Positions 39,855 to 52,603 of a DNA stretch of 64,000 nt are shown piece after piece. Origin of the DNA: Eledone cirrhosa. Lineage: Eukaryota. The stretch's first letter is position 1; each line of letters begins with the position of its first letter. The stretch lies in assembly GCA_964016885.1 (NCBI GenBank), contig OZ024740.1, positions 23,126,001-23,190,000 on the forward strand, given 5' to 3'. The position numbers and the translations under genes were made by a program. Under the pieces are notes generated by a model that was not told where the DNA came from, searched no databases, and saw nothing but the letters and a program-made list of their open reading frames with translations.

Positions 39855-39860
<6 letters not shown>
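39669..39860. mobile_element. Fold-back HHR element, family A, with back-to-back HHRs (39754-39800 minus, 39804-39852 plus)
   Basis: Plus strand gcttc-TTGATGA-tttcttacgaat-GAAAcag-ttctagtc-ctGTA-gaagc. The minus arm keeps CTGATGA. Confidence 0.8.
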
Positions 39861-39903
<43 letters not shown>

Positions 39904-40280
39904 TTAGAGCAAACATCACGGGCGGTCTATCTCAAAATTATTTTTGAAAAGCATTAGAAATTCGCAACCGGTTAAACTTAAAACCAAAACTGAATACTAA
40001 CCAATACTATTACTAATTTTTACTTATTCCTAATTAAACTATTTTTCACTGGGAACAATTTGTCAGCATTTTCTTTTCCTTTTACCAATATATATATAGA
40101 TGGGTAGATAGGTAGAGAGACAGATGGGTAGATATATAGATATATAGATGGGTAGATATAGATATATAGATGGATATATAGATAGATAGATGGGTAGATA
40201 TAGATATATAGATGGGTAGATATATAGATATATAGATGGTTAGATATAGATATATAGATGGGTAGATAGATAGATATATA

Positions 40281-41188
40281 ATCGTCCCCCTTGTTCTCGT
40301 CCTTCCTCACCACCGTGACTACGCCCTTGATCACAGCACAGGGGTTCTCCCGTTCTGTTGCCAGTTGCAGTAGACCGCCTCGAAGAGATCTGGGAACAAG
40401 TCCGGCATAGCTAGATATAGTTTGTATGGAAGACCATCGAGACCCGGGGATTTGCGTTTGCCGCATTGGCTCAGCACGTCCTCCATCTCAGCGGCTGAAA
40501 TCGGCTCCTCGCAGGACTTCGCCTCCCTGTCCGAGAGACGCGGCAGGCCGTCGAGGTATGGAGCGAAGCCCACATCCCCAACCGGCTCCCCGCCCCTTCC
40601 GAACAATCCGGCAAAGTGCTTTTGAAAAGCCTCGCACATCTGCTTAGGTTCAAGGATCACCCGTCCATCCTGGTCTCGCAAAGACTGGATAGTGGATCTG
40701 CTCCCTCTTTTGGCTTCTGTCACGCGGGCCCAGCTAACAGCTTTGGTCCCCTCGTTTCTCAGAGCATGTATTTTGCTTCGGACGATGCAGCCTTCGTGTT
40801 TCGCGTCGAAGAACTGGCCCAGGGCCGTTCTCGACGCTAGCACTCTGGCCACGTCGCGGCTTCTAATTGCCTCTTCTACACTATCTACCAACTCCCTTTC
40901 CTTCCTATTTCTATTTGAAGCTAACTCCTTACTAAATTCTATAGAGACTACTCTAATCTCTCTTTTGAGAGATCCCCACCACCTGCTGTTGACGATGGCG
41001 CCCGTCAACCGCTCCTTAACTAAAGTGCTAATCCGGTCCCTGTAAGCCTTACTTGCCGGTAAGGAAAAGTTGAGCTTCCAGTAACCGGGTCCCTGTCTAT
41101 GAGTTCTGTCAAGGTTGACCATGCAGGTCACTAACTTGTGGTCTGAATAGCCAACCATGCGCATTTTTGGACAACTTAAAAAGTCCTT
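40281..41188 (-). mobile_element. Internal ORF2 fragment of a diverged Tx1-like subfamily
   Basis: YSDHKLV...GPGYWKLN...KSPGLDGLP, homologous to 44006-46063. Flanked by degenerate GATA repeats. Confidence 0.88.
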
Positions 41189-41371
41189 ATATGGGTAGAT
41201 ATATAGATATATAGATGGATAGATATATAGATAGATAGATAGATGGGTAGATATATAGATAGATAGATGGGTAGATATATAGATATATAGATGGGTAGAT
41301 ATATAGATATATAGTTGGATAGATATAGACATAGATGGGTAGATATATAGAGAGACAGACAGACAGATATG

Positions 41372-42349
41372 TTTCTTTTATTTGCCACTAGGGCATCAAA
41401 AGTGGGACAAGTACAAAGGGGGGAGTTTACACAAAAAGGCGTCCTCAATAAGGAGGAGGCAATAACAAAATATAAAAATAAAATAGGATATAACAAAAAA
41501 TAAAATTTATAACAAAATCCTCAATAGAGAGGAGGCGCCTTGGGGGGTCGCACACACCCCCGAAAAAAGTGTGCAACCCTTCTCCTCAGGAGCACAGAGA
41601 GGGGGTGCTCCCTCGTTCCTTCCTCTTCTCCATCTACAGGCTTATGTAAAGAGAAGGCCCATTCACACGGGCCATTCTCGCCACTTTCACCCACCTTTCA
41701 TAAAAACGACTGGGGTGGAGCACCTCTCTCTCCATCCTGATCCTTCTTCCGAAATGATATCGGAAGAAACGGACCAGTTATTGGCCAGAGAGAAAGGTGC
41801 CTGACCTCAGTCCTTTCAGACGCGTCCACCATACAACTTCTTTCGCCATGGCTATTACGCACAGAAACACCGCCTCTCCTTCATCTTTGAAGGGGGGAGG
41901 CGGCTTGATTATTACAATAGACTCGGTGGTCAACCGGATCGGTCCCACCCTTGACAGCAGTTGTTCGACATAGCCCCACAGATCGGCTACGCCCGAGCAG
42001 TGTACCAATGTGTGTGCAACGGTTTCCTCGTCGCACACGCATCTGGGACAGATCTTTTTCGAGGGGTCCCTACCCGGGCGCCCGTGTCTGTAGAGCCTTT
42101 CTCGAACGGGCAGAGCCCTTCTGTAGCATTGCCAGGCCAGGGACCTCTGGAAGTTATCCATGGGTCCCGGGCTGAATGTCCTACCGAACAGGTTTGCCAG
42201 TTCGTCTTCCTCCATGCCTAGGGCTTCTCCGAGGGCGTCGTCGCACCTGCTAACCACCGGCCCTCTATAGAATGACGAGGTGGATTCTCCACTGACAGCC
42301 GGGTCCGCCTGCCAGAGAACCGTGAGCGCCTGGGCACACGGTGTGCCAG
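41372..42349 (-). mobile_element. 3' fragment of a diverged Tx1-like LINE
   Basis: CPRCVCDEETVAHTLVHC zinc finger. 3' end tggcaaataaaagaaac joined to GATA/GACA repeats. Confidence 0.88.
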
Positions 42350-42350
42350 T

Positions 42351-42388
<38 letters not shown>

Positions 42389-42625
42389 TTCTTTATTAGC
42401 CACAGGGGCACAAAAGAAGGGGACAAATACAAAGGTGGAAGTTTACATACAATAAAAACGTGTAAAATGTTATCACAGATGGAATTTAAAAGTTAGTCGA
42501 TTTTCCCCAATAGAGGGAGACAGTTTATATGGGTAACACATACCCCCGAAAAAAAATGTGCAACCCTCATCTCCAGGAGTACGAAGAGCTTGTACTCCTT
42601 TCCTCTCCTCCTCCTTTTCCTCAAC

Positions 42626-45600
42626 CTACAGGCTGATATAGAGAGAAGGCCCATTCACTCGGGCCATTCTCGCCACTTTCACCCACCTTTCATAAAACTT
42701 GCTGGGGTACAGCACCTCTCTCTCCATCCTGATTCTTCTTCCAAAGTGGTATTTGAAAAAAAGAATCAGTTGTTGGCCGGAGAGAAAGGTGTCTGACCTC
42801 AGCCCTTTCAACCTTGTCCACCATACAACCTCTTTCGCCATAGCTATCACACAAAGGAAAACCGCCTCTCCTTCGTTTTTGAAGGAGGGTGGCGGTTTGA
42901 TCATGACAATGGACTCGGTGATCAACTGGATTGGTCCCACCCGCGACAATAGTCGTTCTACATAGCCCCACAGGTCAGTGACGCCCGGGCAGTGTATGAA
43001 TGCGTGCGCGACGGTTTCTTCGTCTCGCACGCACCTCGGACAGACCTTTTTTGCAGGGTCCCTGCCCGGGCGCCCATGTCTGTAGAGCTTGTCTCGAACT
43101 GGTTGAGCTCCTCGGTAGCACTGCCAGGCCAGGGACTTTTGGAAGTTGTCCATCGGTCCCGGGCGGAAGGTCCTACCGAACAGAGTGGCCAGTTCATCTT
43201 CCTCTACGCCTAGAGTTTCACCGAGCGCGTCGTCGCACTTGCTGCGGACCAACCCTCTATAGAATGATGAAGTGGAGTCTCCACTGATCGCCGGGTCCGC
43301 CTGCCAGAGGGCTGTGAGCGCCTGAGCACATTCGATGTGCCAGTCGCCCATTTTCCTCGGTCTCTGCTTGACCCAGGACTGCAGCTCGGTCAGCGAGACG
43401 AGTCGTGGGAAGGCTCGCCTCACGAACGGGGCCCACACCGGTTGTCCGGTGAGGAATACGTAGAGATGCCGCAGCCTGAGCGCGTGTTTGCGCATCGTCA
43501 ACCACGGCGTCCCCAGCCCTCCGTTAGAAGGGTGTTGGCAGCAGATGGATCTTCTCACCAAAGGAGCCCGCCTCTTCCAAAGGAATCGGAAGAGCGCGCG
43601 CTCCATTTTGGCGAGCGTTTTGGCTGGACAAGGCACGACGGTCAAGCGGTAGTAGATGGCGGACGCTATAAAAGTGTTCGCCACCTCCGCTCGACCTTTC
43701 AAGGATAGTTTGCACTCGGCCCACTTCTGGGTGAGTGCAAACACCTTGGCCGTCACTTCGTTCCAGTTCTTCTCCACCTGGAGGTCCGGACCAAACCAGA
43801 CCCCGAGCAGCTTTACCGCTCCTTCCGTCCAGCGTCCGACGACGCCATCGGAAGGCATCGGTCTGCCTCTCCACGATCCGAGTTGCAAACCGATGTACTT
43901 GTCCCGGTTCAGCTTCGCTCCTGTGAGACTTTCGTATTCCTTTAGTAAGGTGCCGACTTCCTCGATTTGCGAGGCGCTCGACACCATTACTGTCACGTCG
44001 TCGGCCTAGGCCGACGCCGCTTTCCGCAGTCCCGGTTCCAGAGGGATGCCCTGCAATAGTTCCAGCTTCCGCAGTAGTGGCTCGAGAGTCAGTACGTACA
44101 GAAGGGAGGAGAGAGGGCATCCCTGTCGAATGGATCGCGTAATATGGAACGGCTCCGAGAGGTGACCGTTCACCTTGACCCTTGAGCAGATGTTGCTGTT
44201 GTGCATTGCAGCAATCCAGCCCCTGAACACGGGTCCGAAGCCTGCCGCCTCGAGCACCGCATCCAGGTAACGATGGTCAACCCTATCGAAAGCCTTAGAC
44301 TGATCCAAGTTGATCAGGGCCCCACCGAAGCCGGGTTTACACCCTACCCTCTCTATGATGTATCGCAATAGGTGGAGGTTGTCGTTTATGGACCTGGTCG
44401 GGATCGCGCATGTCTGCGCTTCTCCCACCAGGTTCTCGACGACAAGCGCCAGCCTCTTTGCCAACACCTTGGCCAAAATCTGTAACTCTGTGTTTAGCAG
44501 AGTTATGGGCCGGAAGTTGCCTATGTCATCCCCCCTATTCTCGTCCTTCCTGATTAGTGTGACCACGCCCCCGGTTACAGAACTGGGAATTCTCCCGTTC
44601 TGTTGCCAGTTGCAGTAGACCGCTTCCAGGAGACCAGAGAATAAGTCCGGCATTGCTACGTAAAATTCGTAGGGTAGACCGTCGAGACCTGGAGATTTGC
44701 GTTTGCCGCATTGGCTCAGCGCGTCCCCTATCTCAGTGGCTGAAATCGGCTTTTCGCAGAACTTCGCCTCGCTGTCCGAGAGTCGCGGTAGGCCGTCAAG
44801 GTATGGACCAAAATCTATAGCCTCTCCCGGCGCGCCGCTCCCCCCGAACAGCCGAGCAAAGTGCCGCTGAAAAGCCGCACACATCTGCTTCGGCTCACGT
44901 ATCACGCGTCCGTTTTGGTCCTTCAAAGACCGAATCGTGGACTTGTTGCCACTTTTTGCCTCCGTCACTCGGGCCCAGCTAACAGCTTTGGCTCCCTCGT
45001 TTCCCAGAGCACGTATTTTGCTTCTGACAACGCAGCCCTCGTGCTTTGCGTCGAAGAACTGGTCCAAGGCCGTTCTCGTTGCTAGCACGCTGGCTACGTT
45101 GCCACTTCTAATTGCCTCTTCTACTTTATCTACCAGTTCCTTCTCGGTTCTATTTCTATCTAACACTAATTCTTTACTAAAAACTATCGAGTCTAATCTA
45201 ACTGCCCTCTTGAGAGTGTACCACCATCTGTTGTTGACAATGACCCCTGTCAAGTGCTGTTTAACTAAAGTACTAATCCGTCTACTGTAGGCTTTGCTTG
45301 TCAGTAACGACATGTTCAGCTTCCAGTAGCCGGGTCCTTGTCTATGGGTTCTATCACGGTTGGCCATGCAGGTCACTAGTTTGTGATCTGAATAGGCAAC
45401 CATGAACATTTGTGGACAGCTTAACATGTCCCTATCCTTATTTCTAACTAGAACCCTATCTAGGTACGATCTAGATGTTCCGCTACGATTACTCCACGTC
45501 CACATTGGCGCAGTCGGAAAATCTAGTCGATATCTATCGGCCAGGTCAAATCGGTCGATTAACTGTTTGAGGCTGTTACACCCCCCTTTATCGGGACATG

Positions 45601-46063
45601 CTCCCACATAGTCCCAACGTGCATCTAGGATTCCATTCCAGTCCCCCACTAAAAGCAAGGAGCGGGACGTTCCCAGAAAAGTCTCTAGACGTTTGAAGAA
45701 GTCTGGCCGCGGTGTCCCGGATGTGGCATATGCGGCCACCAGCCTGAACGCTCCACCTTCACTACCGTCAACGTCTAGGACCACCAGTCGACCCTCCGGG
45801 TCCAGATGTACCGTCTGTGTTACGAGGCCCAGGTGTTTCCGCAGCAAAACGGCAACTCCGCCCCCACCCCCCGGTTGACAGAGAGATGCGTAGATCTCAA
45901 AGTCATCGAAGATGGGGGCCAGCTGTCGCTCGCCGTGGATCCTGGACTCGCAAATGGCTACCACATCCAAACTGTGCGACCTGAGGTCGTTTAAGAGTTT
46001 GCCCTGTTTCCAGGGCATCCCCAGGCCGCGTACGTTCACACATCCAACTCTTATATTGGCCAT
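42626..46063 (-). pseudogene. ORF2: APE endonuclease, reverse transcriptase and CCHC finger; 1145 codons broken by a single in-frame TAG (44006-44008)
   Basis: NVRG, GDWN, SYLDR, SDH; NFRPITLLN, LDQSKAFDRVDH, IRQGCPLS, SA*ADDV; CPRCVRDEETVAHAFIHC. ORFs 44006..46063 and 42626..43996 are in the same frame. Confidence 0.92.
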
Positions 46064-46096
46064 GTTGGTGCTGAAAAGTTAAAAGAGGAAAAGAGA

Positions 46097-48016
46097 TCAC
46101 TCACCCTTCGCCTCCTGGGGACCAGGCCGCACGATTTCCATGGGGGTGTTGGAGGGGTTGTCTGGATGGGTGGTGGTTTCCGGCGGGGTGGGGACGCAGA
46201 TGTTTGGTGGGGTGGGGTCTGGTGGGATGGGGGTGTCTGGGGTGGGGATGCATTTGAGAAGGACGCGGTTGAGTGGTTTCACGCAGGAATTCCCCACATC
46301 CTTCTCAAATGTTTCTTTTAGGGACCTATAAGTTTGTATAGGGACCCTAATCAGTTTAAGGTTCAGTTTTTTGCTATTTTTTATAGAGTGGGCGAAAGTT
46401 TTCCCTTCGGTGAAAACCGAAGGGTCGTTCGTGATGATCTCCATTAGTGTTTTGTTTTCAGTGTTTATGTAAGTGTAAGTGTAATTTTCTTGTGTTGTGT
46501 TTGTTTTTGTCTGTAGTTCTTGTGTGTGCTTTCGTTTTGTTGTAGGTATTTTGTTTTCAGGAGGTGGGGGTTTTGTTTGTGCTATTTTTGTTGTTTGTGT
46601 TGGTGGTTGTATGTTTGTGGTAGTGTTTGCTGGTTTTTTGCTTTTGTGATGTCTTTTCTTTCTTTTCGAGCGATGGGGTTCTCCCTCGTCTTCACTGGGT
46701 GATGGCGAGATAGCCTCATCTGTTGTATCGTCTGTGTGATTGGGGAGGGGTATGTCTTGGGGAGCTGTTGTGTCTGTATGTGATTTTGCAGTGGTTTTAG
46801 GTGGAGTGGGGTTGGGTGGGACTGTGTTTGTTGTGGTTATTTTTGTGTGTTGGTGTTGTTGTGCTTGTTGTGGTGGTGTTGGTGGTTGTGTTGTTTTGAT
46901 GGGTGTCGGCAGAAGAGCCTTTTTTTGGTTCATTAGTTTAGGACAGGAAGCCCTCAGGTGACCCCTGCTAAAGCAATGGTAACATGAAGGCCGCCTACCC
47001 TCAACCGAAAGGTTTATGTAGGTGAGTCCGTCCAGGAGTACACGCTGTGGGATCATAGCTATTCGCTCTGGGCTCATTTGCACCAGAACTTCAATGCTAG
47101 TCTCATTGAATACATCTCTGGGGGACTTGCCTACTGACAGTATTCTGTCTTCATCAAAATTGATGAAGCCGCACAGTATCCACCATATGTTCACCTTTGG
47201 TGTGACACTTGTGATTCTGATCTTTTGTGTCCTTTTTCCCATGTATGTAGGGAAAAAGGTGTACAGGTTGGATACAATTGGCGACACAGAGTAATTTTGG
47301 GCCGTCAATTGATCCTTCATGAGTACCGAAATACTCCCAAAAAGTTTGCTTCTTTGAATGAATGCAATATCATTCATTGAATCTTTGAAAACCAGTTCAA
47401 TATCTTTCTGTGATAATTGGACTGGTTTTCGGGTAGAATTGGAAACTGTCCTAAAAACTATCGTTTTGAGAGCAGTTTCCTTGCGAATTTCTACCGGAGA
47501 ATTGATGCTGAAAGCACCATTTTTTTCGAAGGTGACATATCTCTTAGCGTCCTTTAAAAGGTGTTCAGCATTTGTTATGTCGAGATATATCAATTGTTCT
47601 TTCTTTTGAACTTTCTCCGCAAAGGAGATTTTTGGTTTCTTTGTGGAATCCGTATTGGTGGTGTTGTCATTATTGTTGTTATTGTTGTTGTTATTCTTGT
47701 TGTCACCGATGTTGGTATCATCCGTATTTTCCTTGGTGTTGTTGTTGTCTTTGATGCTGGTGTTATTGGCGTTGTCTTTATTTTTTTCTTTGTTGTTGTT
47801 ATCATTGTTGCTTTTATCATCATTATTGGTTTTGCTGTTATTTTTGTTGTCATTGAGCTGTTTGTTGTCATTTGTGTTGTTTGGATGTGAATTCGTTTTT
47901 TTATTTTCATTTTGTCTTTCCATCTCTATAGTATCTAGTGAAGAAGACGTTGTTGACTGCGAGCTTTGTAGTCTTACCGCCTCTCCACCACCATTATCGT
48001 TGGACGCAGCGTTCAT
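46097..48016 (-). CDS. LINE ORF1, gag-like nucleic-acid-binding protein, 639 aa
   Basis: Intact ORF upstream of ORF2. SFAEKV motif, zinc knuckle CYHCFSRGHLRASC, Asn-rich N-terminus and Pro/Thr-rich tail. Confidence 0.88.
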   Translation of the reverse strand: MNAASNDNGGGEAVRLQSSQSTTSSSLDTIEMERQNENKKTNSHPNNTNDNKQLNDNKNNSKTNNDDKSNNDNNNKEKNKDNANNTSIKDNNNTKENTDDTNIGDNKNNNNNNNNNDNTTNTDSTKKPKISFAEKVQKKEQLIYLDITNAEHLLKDAKRYVTFEKNGAFSINSPVEIRKETALKTIVFRTVSNSTRKPVQLSQKDIELVFKDSMNDIAFIQRSKLFGSISVLMKDQLTAQNYSVSPIVSNLYTFFPTYMGKRTQKIRITSVTPKVNIWWILCGFINFDEDRILSVGKSPRDVFNETSIEVLVQMSPERIAMIPQRVLLDGLTYINLSVEGRRPSCYHCFSRGHLRASCPKLMNQKKALLPTPIKTTQPPTPPQQAQQHQHTKITTTNTVPPNPTPPKTTAKSHTDTTAPQDIPLPNHTDDTTDEAISPSPSEDEGEPHRSKRKKRHHKSKKPANTTTNIQPPTQTTKIAQTKPPPPENKIPTTKRKHTQELQTKTNTTQENYTYTYINTENKTLMEIITNDPSVFTEGKTFAHSIKNSKKLNLKLIRVPIQTYRSLKETFEKDVGNSCVKPLNRVLLKCIPTPDTPIPPDPTPPNICVPTPPETTTHPDNPSNTPMEIVRPGPQEAKGE

Positions 48017-48234
48017 AACGTAATCAAAATTTTACAATATTTTTTCCAAGATTCGATGGAGAAACATTTTTTAAATGGATATTCCGCCCCTGAAGAGGCG
48101 AAAATGAGTTGACCCACCACCTGAAGGTCCAGACGGGTGGTCAAGTTACTCAATGATATAAAATTGAATTAAAAACTCACGTTTTTTTTCTTACATAAAT
48201 TAACGGAAACTTCTCCGCGAAGTGACACACGACT

Positions 48235-48284
<50 letters not shown>

Positions 48285-48318
48285 CAGATAGATAGATAGA
48301 TAGATAGATATAGATATA

Positions 48319-51315
48319 TTTCTTTATTAGCCACAGGGGCACAAAAGAAGGGGACAAATACAAAGGGGGAAATTTACATACAATAAAAACATGTAAAATA
48401 TTATCACAAATGTAATTTTAAAAAATAGTCGATTTTCCCCAATAGGGGGAGACATTTCATATGGGTAACACATACCCCCGAAAAAAATGTGCAACCCTCA
48501 TCTCCAGGAGTACGAAGAGTTTGTACTCCTTTCCTCTCCTCCTCTTTTTCCTCAACCTACAGGCTGATATAGAGAGAAGGCCCATTAAATCGGGCCATTC
48601 TCGCCACTTTCACCCACCTTTCATAAAACTTGCTGGGGTACAGCACCTCTCTCTCCATCCTGACTCTTCTTTCAAAGTGGTATTTGAAAAAAAGAATCAG
48701 TTGTTGGCCGGAGAGAAAGGTGTCTGACCTCAGCCCTTTCAACCTTGTCCACCATACAACCTCTTTTGCCATAGCTATCACACAAAGGAAAACCGCCTCT
48801 CCTTCGTTTTTGAAGGAGAGTGGCGGTTTGATCATTACAATGGACTCGGTGGTCAATCGGATTGGTCCCACGCGCGACAATAGTCGTTCTACATAGCCCC
48901 ACAGGTCAGTGACGCCCGGGCAGTGTATGAATGCGTGCGCGACGGTTTCTTCGTCTCGCACGCACCTCGGACAGATATTTTTTTGCAGGGTCCCTGCCCA
49001 GGCGCCCATGTCTGTAGAGCTTGTCGCGAATTGGTAGAGCTTCGCGGTAGCACTGCCAGGCCAGGGACTTTTGGAAGTTGTCTATCGGTCCCGAGCGGAA
49101 GGTCCTACCGAACAGACTGGCCAGTTCGTTTTCCTCTACGCCCAGAGTTTCACCGAGCGCGTCGTCGCACTTGCTGCGGATCAACCCTCTATAGAATGAC
49201 GAAGTGGAGTCTCCACTGGTCGCCGGGTCCGCCTGCCAGAGGGGTGTGAGCTCCTGAGTACATTCGATGTGCCAGTCGCCCATTTTCCTCGGTCTTTGTT
49301 TGACCCAGGACTGCAGCTCGGTCAGCGAGACGAATCGTGGGAAGGCTCGCCTCACGAACGGGGCCCACACCGGTTGTCCGGTGAGGAATACGTAGAGATG
49401 CCGCAGCCTGAGTGCGTGTTTGCGCATCGTCAGTCGCGGCGTCCCCAGCCCTCCGTTGGAAGGGCGTTGGCAGCAGATGGATCTTCTCACCAAAGGAGCC
49501 CGCCTCTTCTAAAGGGATTGGAAGAGCGTGCGCTCCATTTTGGCGAGCGTTTTGGCTGCACAAGGCACGACGGTCAAGCGGTAGTAGATTGCGGACGCTA
49601 TAAAAGTGTTCGCCACCTCCGCTCGACCTTTCAAGGATAGTTTGCACTCGGCCCACTTCTGGGTGAGTGCAAACACCTTGGCCGACACCTCGTTCCAGTT
49701 CTTCTCCACCTGGAGGTCCGGACCAAACAGATCCCGAGCAGCTTTACTGGTCCTTCCGTCCAGCGTCCGACAACGCCATCGGAAGGCATCGGCTGGCCTC
49801 TCCACGATCCGAGTTGCAAACCGATGGACTTGTCCCGGTTCAGCTTCGCTTCTGTGAACCTTTCGTATTCCTTCAGTAAGGTGCCGACTTCCTCGATTTG
49901 CGAGGAGCTCGGCACCATTACTGTCACGTCGTGGGCTCAGCCGACGCCGCTTTCCGCAGTCCAAGTTCCAGAGGGATGCCCTGCAATAGCTCCAACTTCT
50001 GCAGTAGTGGCTCGTGAGTCAGTACGTACAGAAGGGAGGAGAGAGGGCATCCCTGTCGAATCGATCGCGTGATATGGAACGGCTCCGAGAGGTAGCCGTT
50101 CACCTTAACCCTTGAGCAGATGTTGCTGTTATGCATTGCAGCAATCCAGCGCCTGAACACGGGTCCAAAGCCTGCCACCTCGAGCACCGCATCCAGGTAA
50201 CGATGGTCAACCCTATCGAAAGCCTTAGACTGATCCAAGTTGATCAGGGCCCCACCGAAGCCGAGTTTACACCCTACCCTCTCTAAGATGTATCGCATGA
50301 GGTGGAGGCTGTCGTGTCTGGACCTGGTTGGGATTGCGCATGTCTGCGCTTCTCCCACCAGGTTCTCGACGACAAGCGCCAGCCTCTTTGCCAACACCTC
50401 GGCCAAAATCTGTATCTCTGTGTTTAGCAGAGTTATGGGCCGGAAGTTGCCTATGTCATCCCCCTTATTCTCGTCCTTCCTGACTAGTGTGACTACGCCC
50501 CCGGTCACAGAACTGGGAATTCTCCCGTTCTTTTGCCAGTTGCAGTAGACCGCTTCCAGGAGACCGGAGAATAAGTCCGGCATTGCTACGTAAAATTCGT
50601 AGGGTAGACCGTCGAGACCTGGAGATTTGCGTTTGCCGCATTGTCTCAGCGCGTCCCCTTTCTCAGCGGCTGAAATCGGCTTTTCACAGAACTTTTCTCC
50701 GCCGTCCGAGAGTCGCGGTAGGCCGTCGAGATATGGACCGAAATCCATAGCCTCTCCCAGCGCGCCGCCCTGCCCGAACAGCCGAGCAAAGTGCCGCTGA
50801 AAAGCCGCACACATCTGCTTCGGCTCACGTATCACGCGTCCGTTTTGGTCCTTCAAAGACCGAATCGTGGACTTGTTGCCACTTTTTGCCTCCGTCACTC
50901 GGGCCCAGCTAACAGCTTTGGCTCCCTCGTTTCCCAGAGTACGTATTTTGCTTCTGACAACACAGCCCTCATCCTTTGCGTCGAAGAACTGGTCCAAGGC
51001 CGTTCTCGTTGCTAGCACGCTGGCTACGTTGCCACTTCTAATTGCCTCTTCTACTTTATCTACCAGTTCTTTTTCGGTTCTATTTCTATCTAACACTAAT
51101 TCTTTACTAAAAACTAACGAGTCTAATCTAACTGCCCTCTTGAGAGAGTACCACCATCTGTTGTTGACAATGGCCCCTGTCAAGTGCTGTTTAACTAAAG
51201 TGCTAATCCGTCTACTGTAGGCTTTGCATGTCGGTAACGACAAGTTTAGCTTCCAGTAGCCGGGTCCTTGTTTATGGGTTCTATCAAGGTTGACCATGCA
51301 GGTCACTAGGTTGTG
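48319..51315 (-). mobile_element. 5'-truncated second copy of the same Tx1-like LINE, with frameshifts and stops
   Basis: Highly similar to 42388-45387 and flanked by (GATA)n. Confidence 0.92.
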
Positions 51316-51385
51316 ATAGATAGATACATAAAGAAATAGATGGATAGAGAAATAGGTTCGTGGATAGATAAAGAGATAGATATAT

Positions 51386-51507
51386 TTCTTTATTTGACAC
51401 AAGGGCGCACAAGAAAAGGAGACAATACAAAGACATATGGCGGGGCATTTTACATACAGTCGTGTAAAAAAGTTTTAACATGAACATATAACAATTGAAA
51501 TTCCCCG

Positions 51508-51599
<92 letters not shown>

Positions 51600-51745
51600 C
51601 GAAGGAGGTGTGGCAAGGATCCAGATGGACCATAACGCACCAGAGTACTCAATACTTAGAGTAGTATATATATAGAGAGAAAGATTAATAGATAGAAAGA
51701 TAGATAAATGGATAGATAGACAGCTATATATTCACACACACACAT

Positions 51746-51776
<31 letters not shown>

Positions 51777-51910
51777 CATATATATAACTAGATAGATATG
51801 TAGGTAGATAGATAGATAGATAGATTTCTTTATTTGCCACAAGGGCGCACAAGAAAAGGGGACACTATAAGGACACATGCCGGGAATTTTACATACAGTC
51901 GTGTAAAAGT
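51386..51910 (-). mobile_element. Two short 3'-end stubs of a related LINE (51386-51507, 51826-51910) and a family E tail (51597-51665)
   Basis: gatagat|ttctttatttg.cacaagggcgcacaagaaaagg matches the LINE 3' terminus. Confidence 0.75.
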
Positions 51911-52112
51911 ATTGATAGATAGCTGGAGAGGGAGAGAGTGAGGGAGAGATTGAAAACAGAACGATCGACAGAGAAAAGGGAGGGTTTGGTAGATAAATGG
52001 CAGGTAGATAGGTAAAATTGTTAATCCATAGATAAGTAGATGGCAATGATGAAAGAAAAACAGTTATATAAACACACACACTTGTATGTATGTACGTGAT
52101 ATATGTATGTAC

Positions 52113-52174
<62 letters not shown>

Positions 52175-52179
<5 letters not shown>

Positions 52180-52603
52180 TTCTATTTAAATTGTTGGGAT
52201 GCAACAAGCAAATATTTTTTATAACTGATATAAAGCACTCAACAAATATTGGGAGTAAAAATACGATATTAACAAATGGAAACTATATTTATAAAACCAT
52301 ATTTATTTTATTATGCATATTTCAAGGACACCAAGTTAAATTATGGTGTGCTTTCATCAGATAAAATATAATATAGAGCAATTTTATAAATAAATATTGA
52401 CATACCCTTAAACAATACTATCCGAGAGCTTCCAAAAGTAATGGTTGCATTCTTTAAGGGTATGTCAATATTTATTTATAAAACTGCTCTATATTATATT
52501 TTATCTGAGGAAAGCACACCATAATTTAACTTGGTGTCCTAGAAATATGCATAATAAAATAAATATGGTTTTATAAATATAGTTTCCATTTGTAAATATC
52601 GTA
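52175..52603. mobile_element. AT-rich fold-back element with an HHR in both arms (52305-52367 minus, 52498-52560 plus)
   Basis: attttat-CTGA(G/T)GA-aagc-acacca-taatttaact-tggtgt-cct(a/t)-GAAA-tatgcATA-ataaaat. Arms about 52261-52412 and 52453-52603. Confidence 0.82.

Larger units (their letters stand above)
42388..48234 (-). mobile_element. Near full-length Tx1/L1-clade LINE inserted in (GATA)n
   Basis: 5' UTR, ORF1, ORF2 (APE-RT-CCHC) and 3' UTR ending ctaataaagaaa. Both ends abut (TATC)n. Confidence 0.93.

Noticed and set aside
48084-48150. ctgaagaggcgaaa and hairpins in the LINE 5' UTR
   Set aside because: Antisense to the element, with no helix I or III. More likely ordinary UTR hairpins.
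40422-51220. Plus-strand ORFs overlapping the LINE
   Set aside because: Antisense shadows of GC-rich ORF2/ORF1 sequence.
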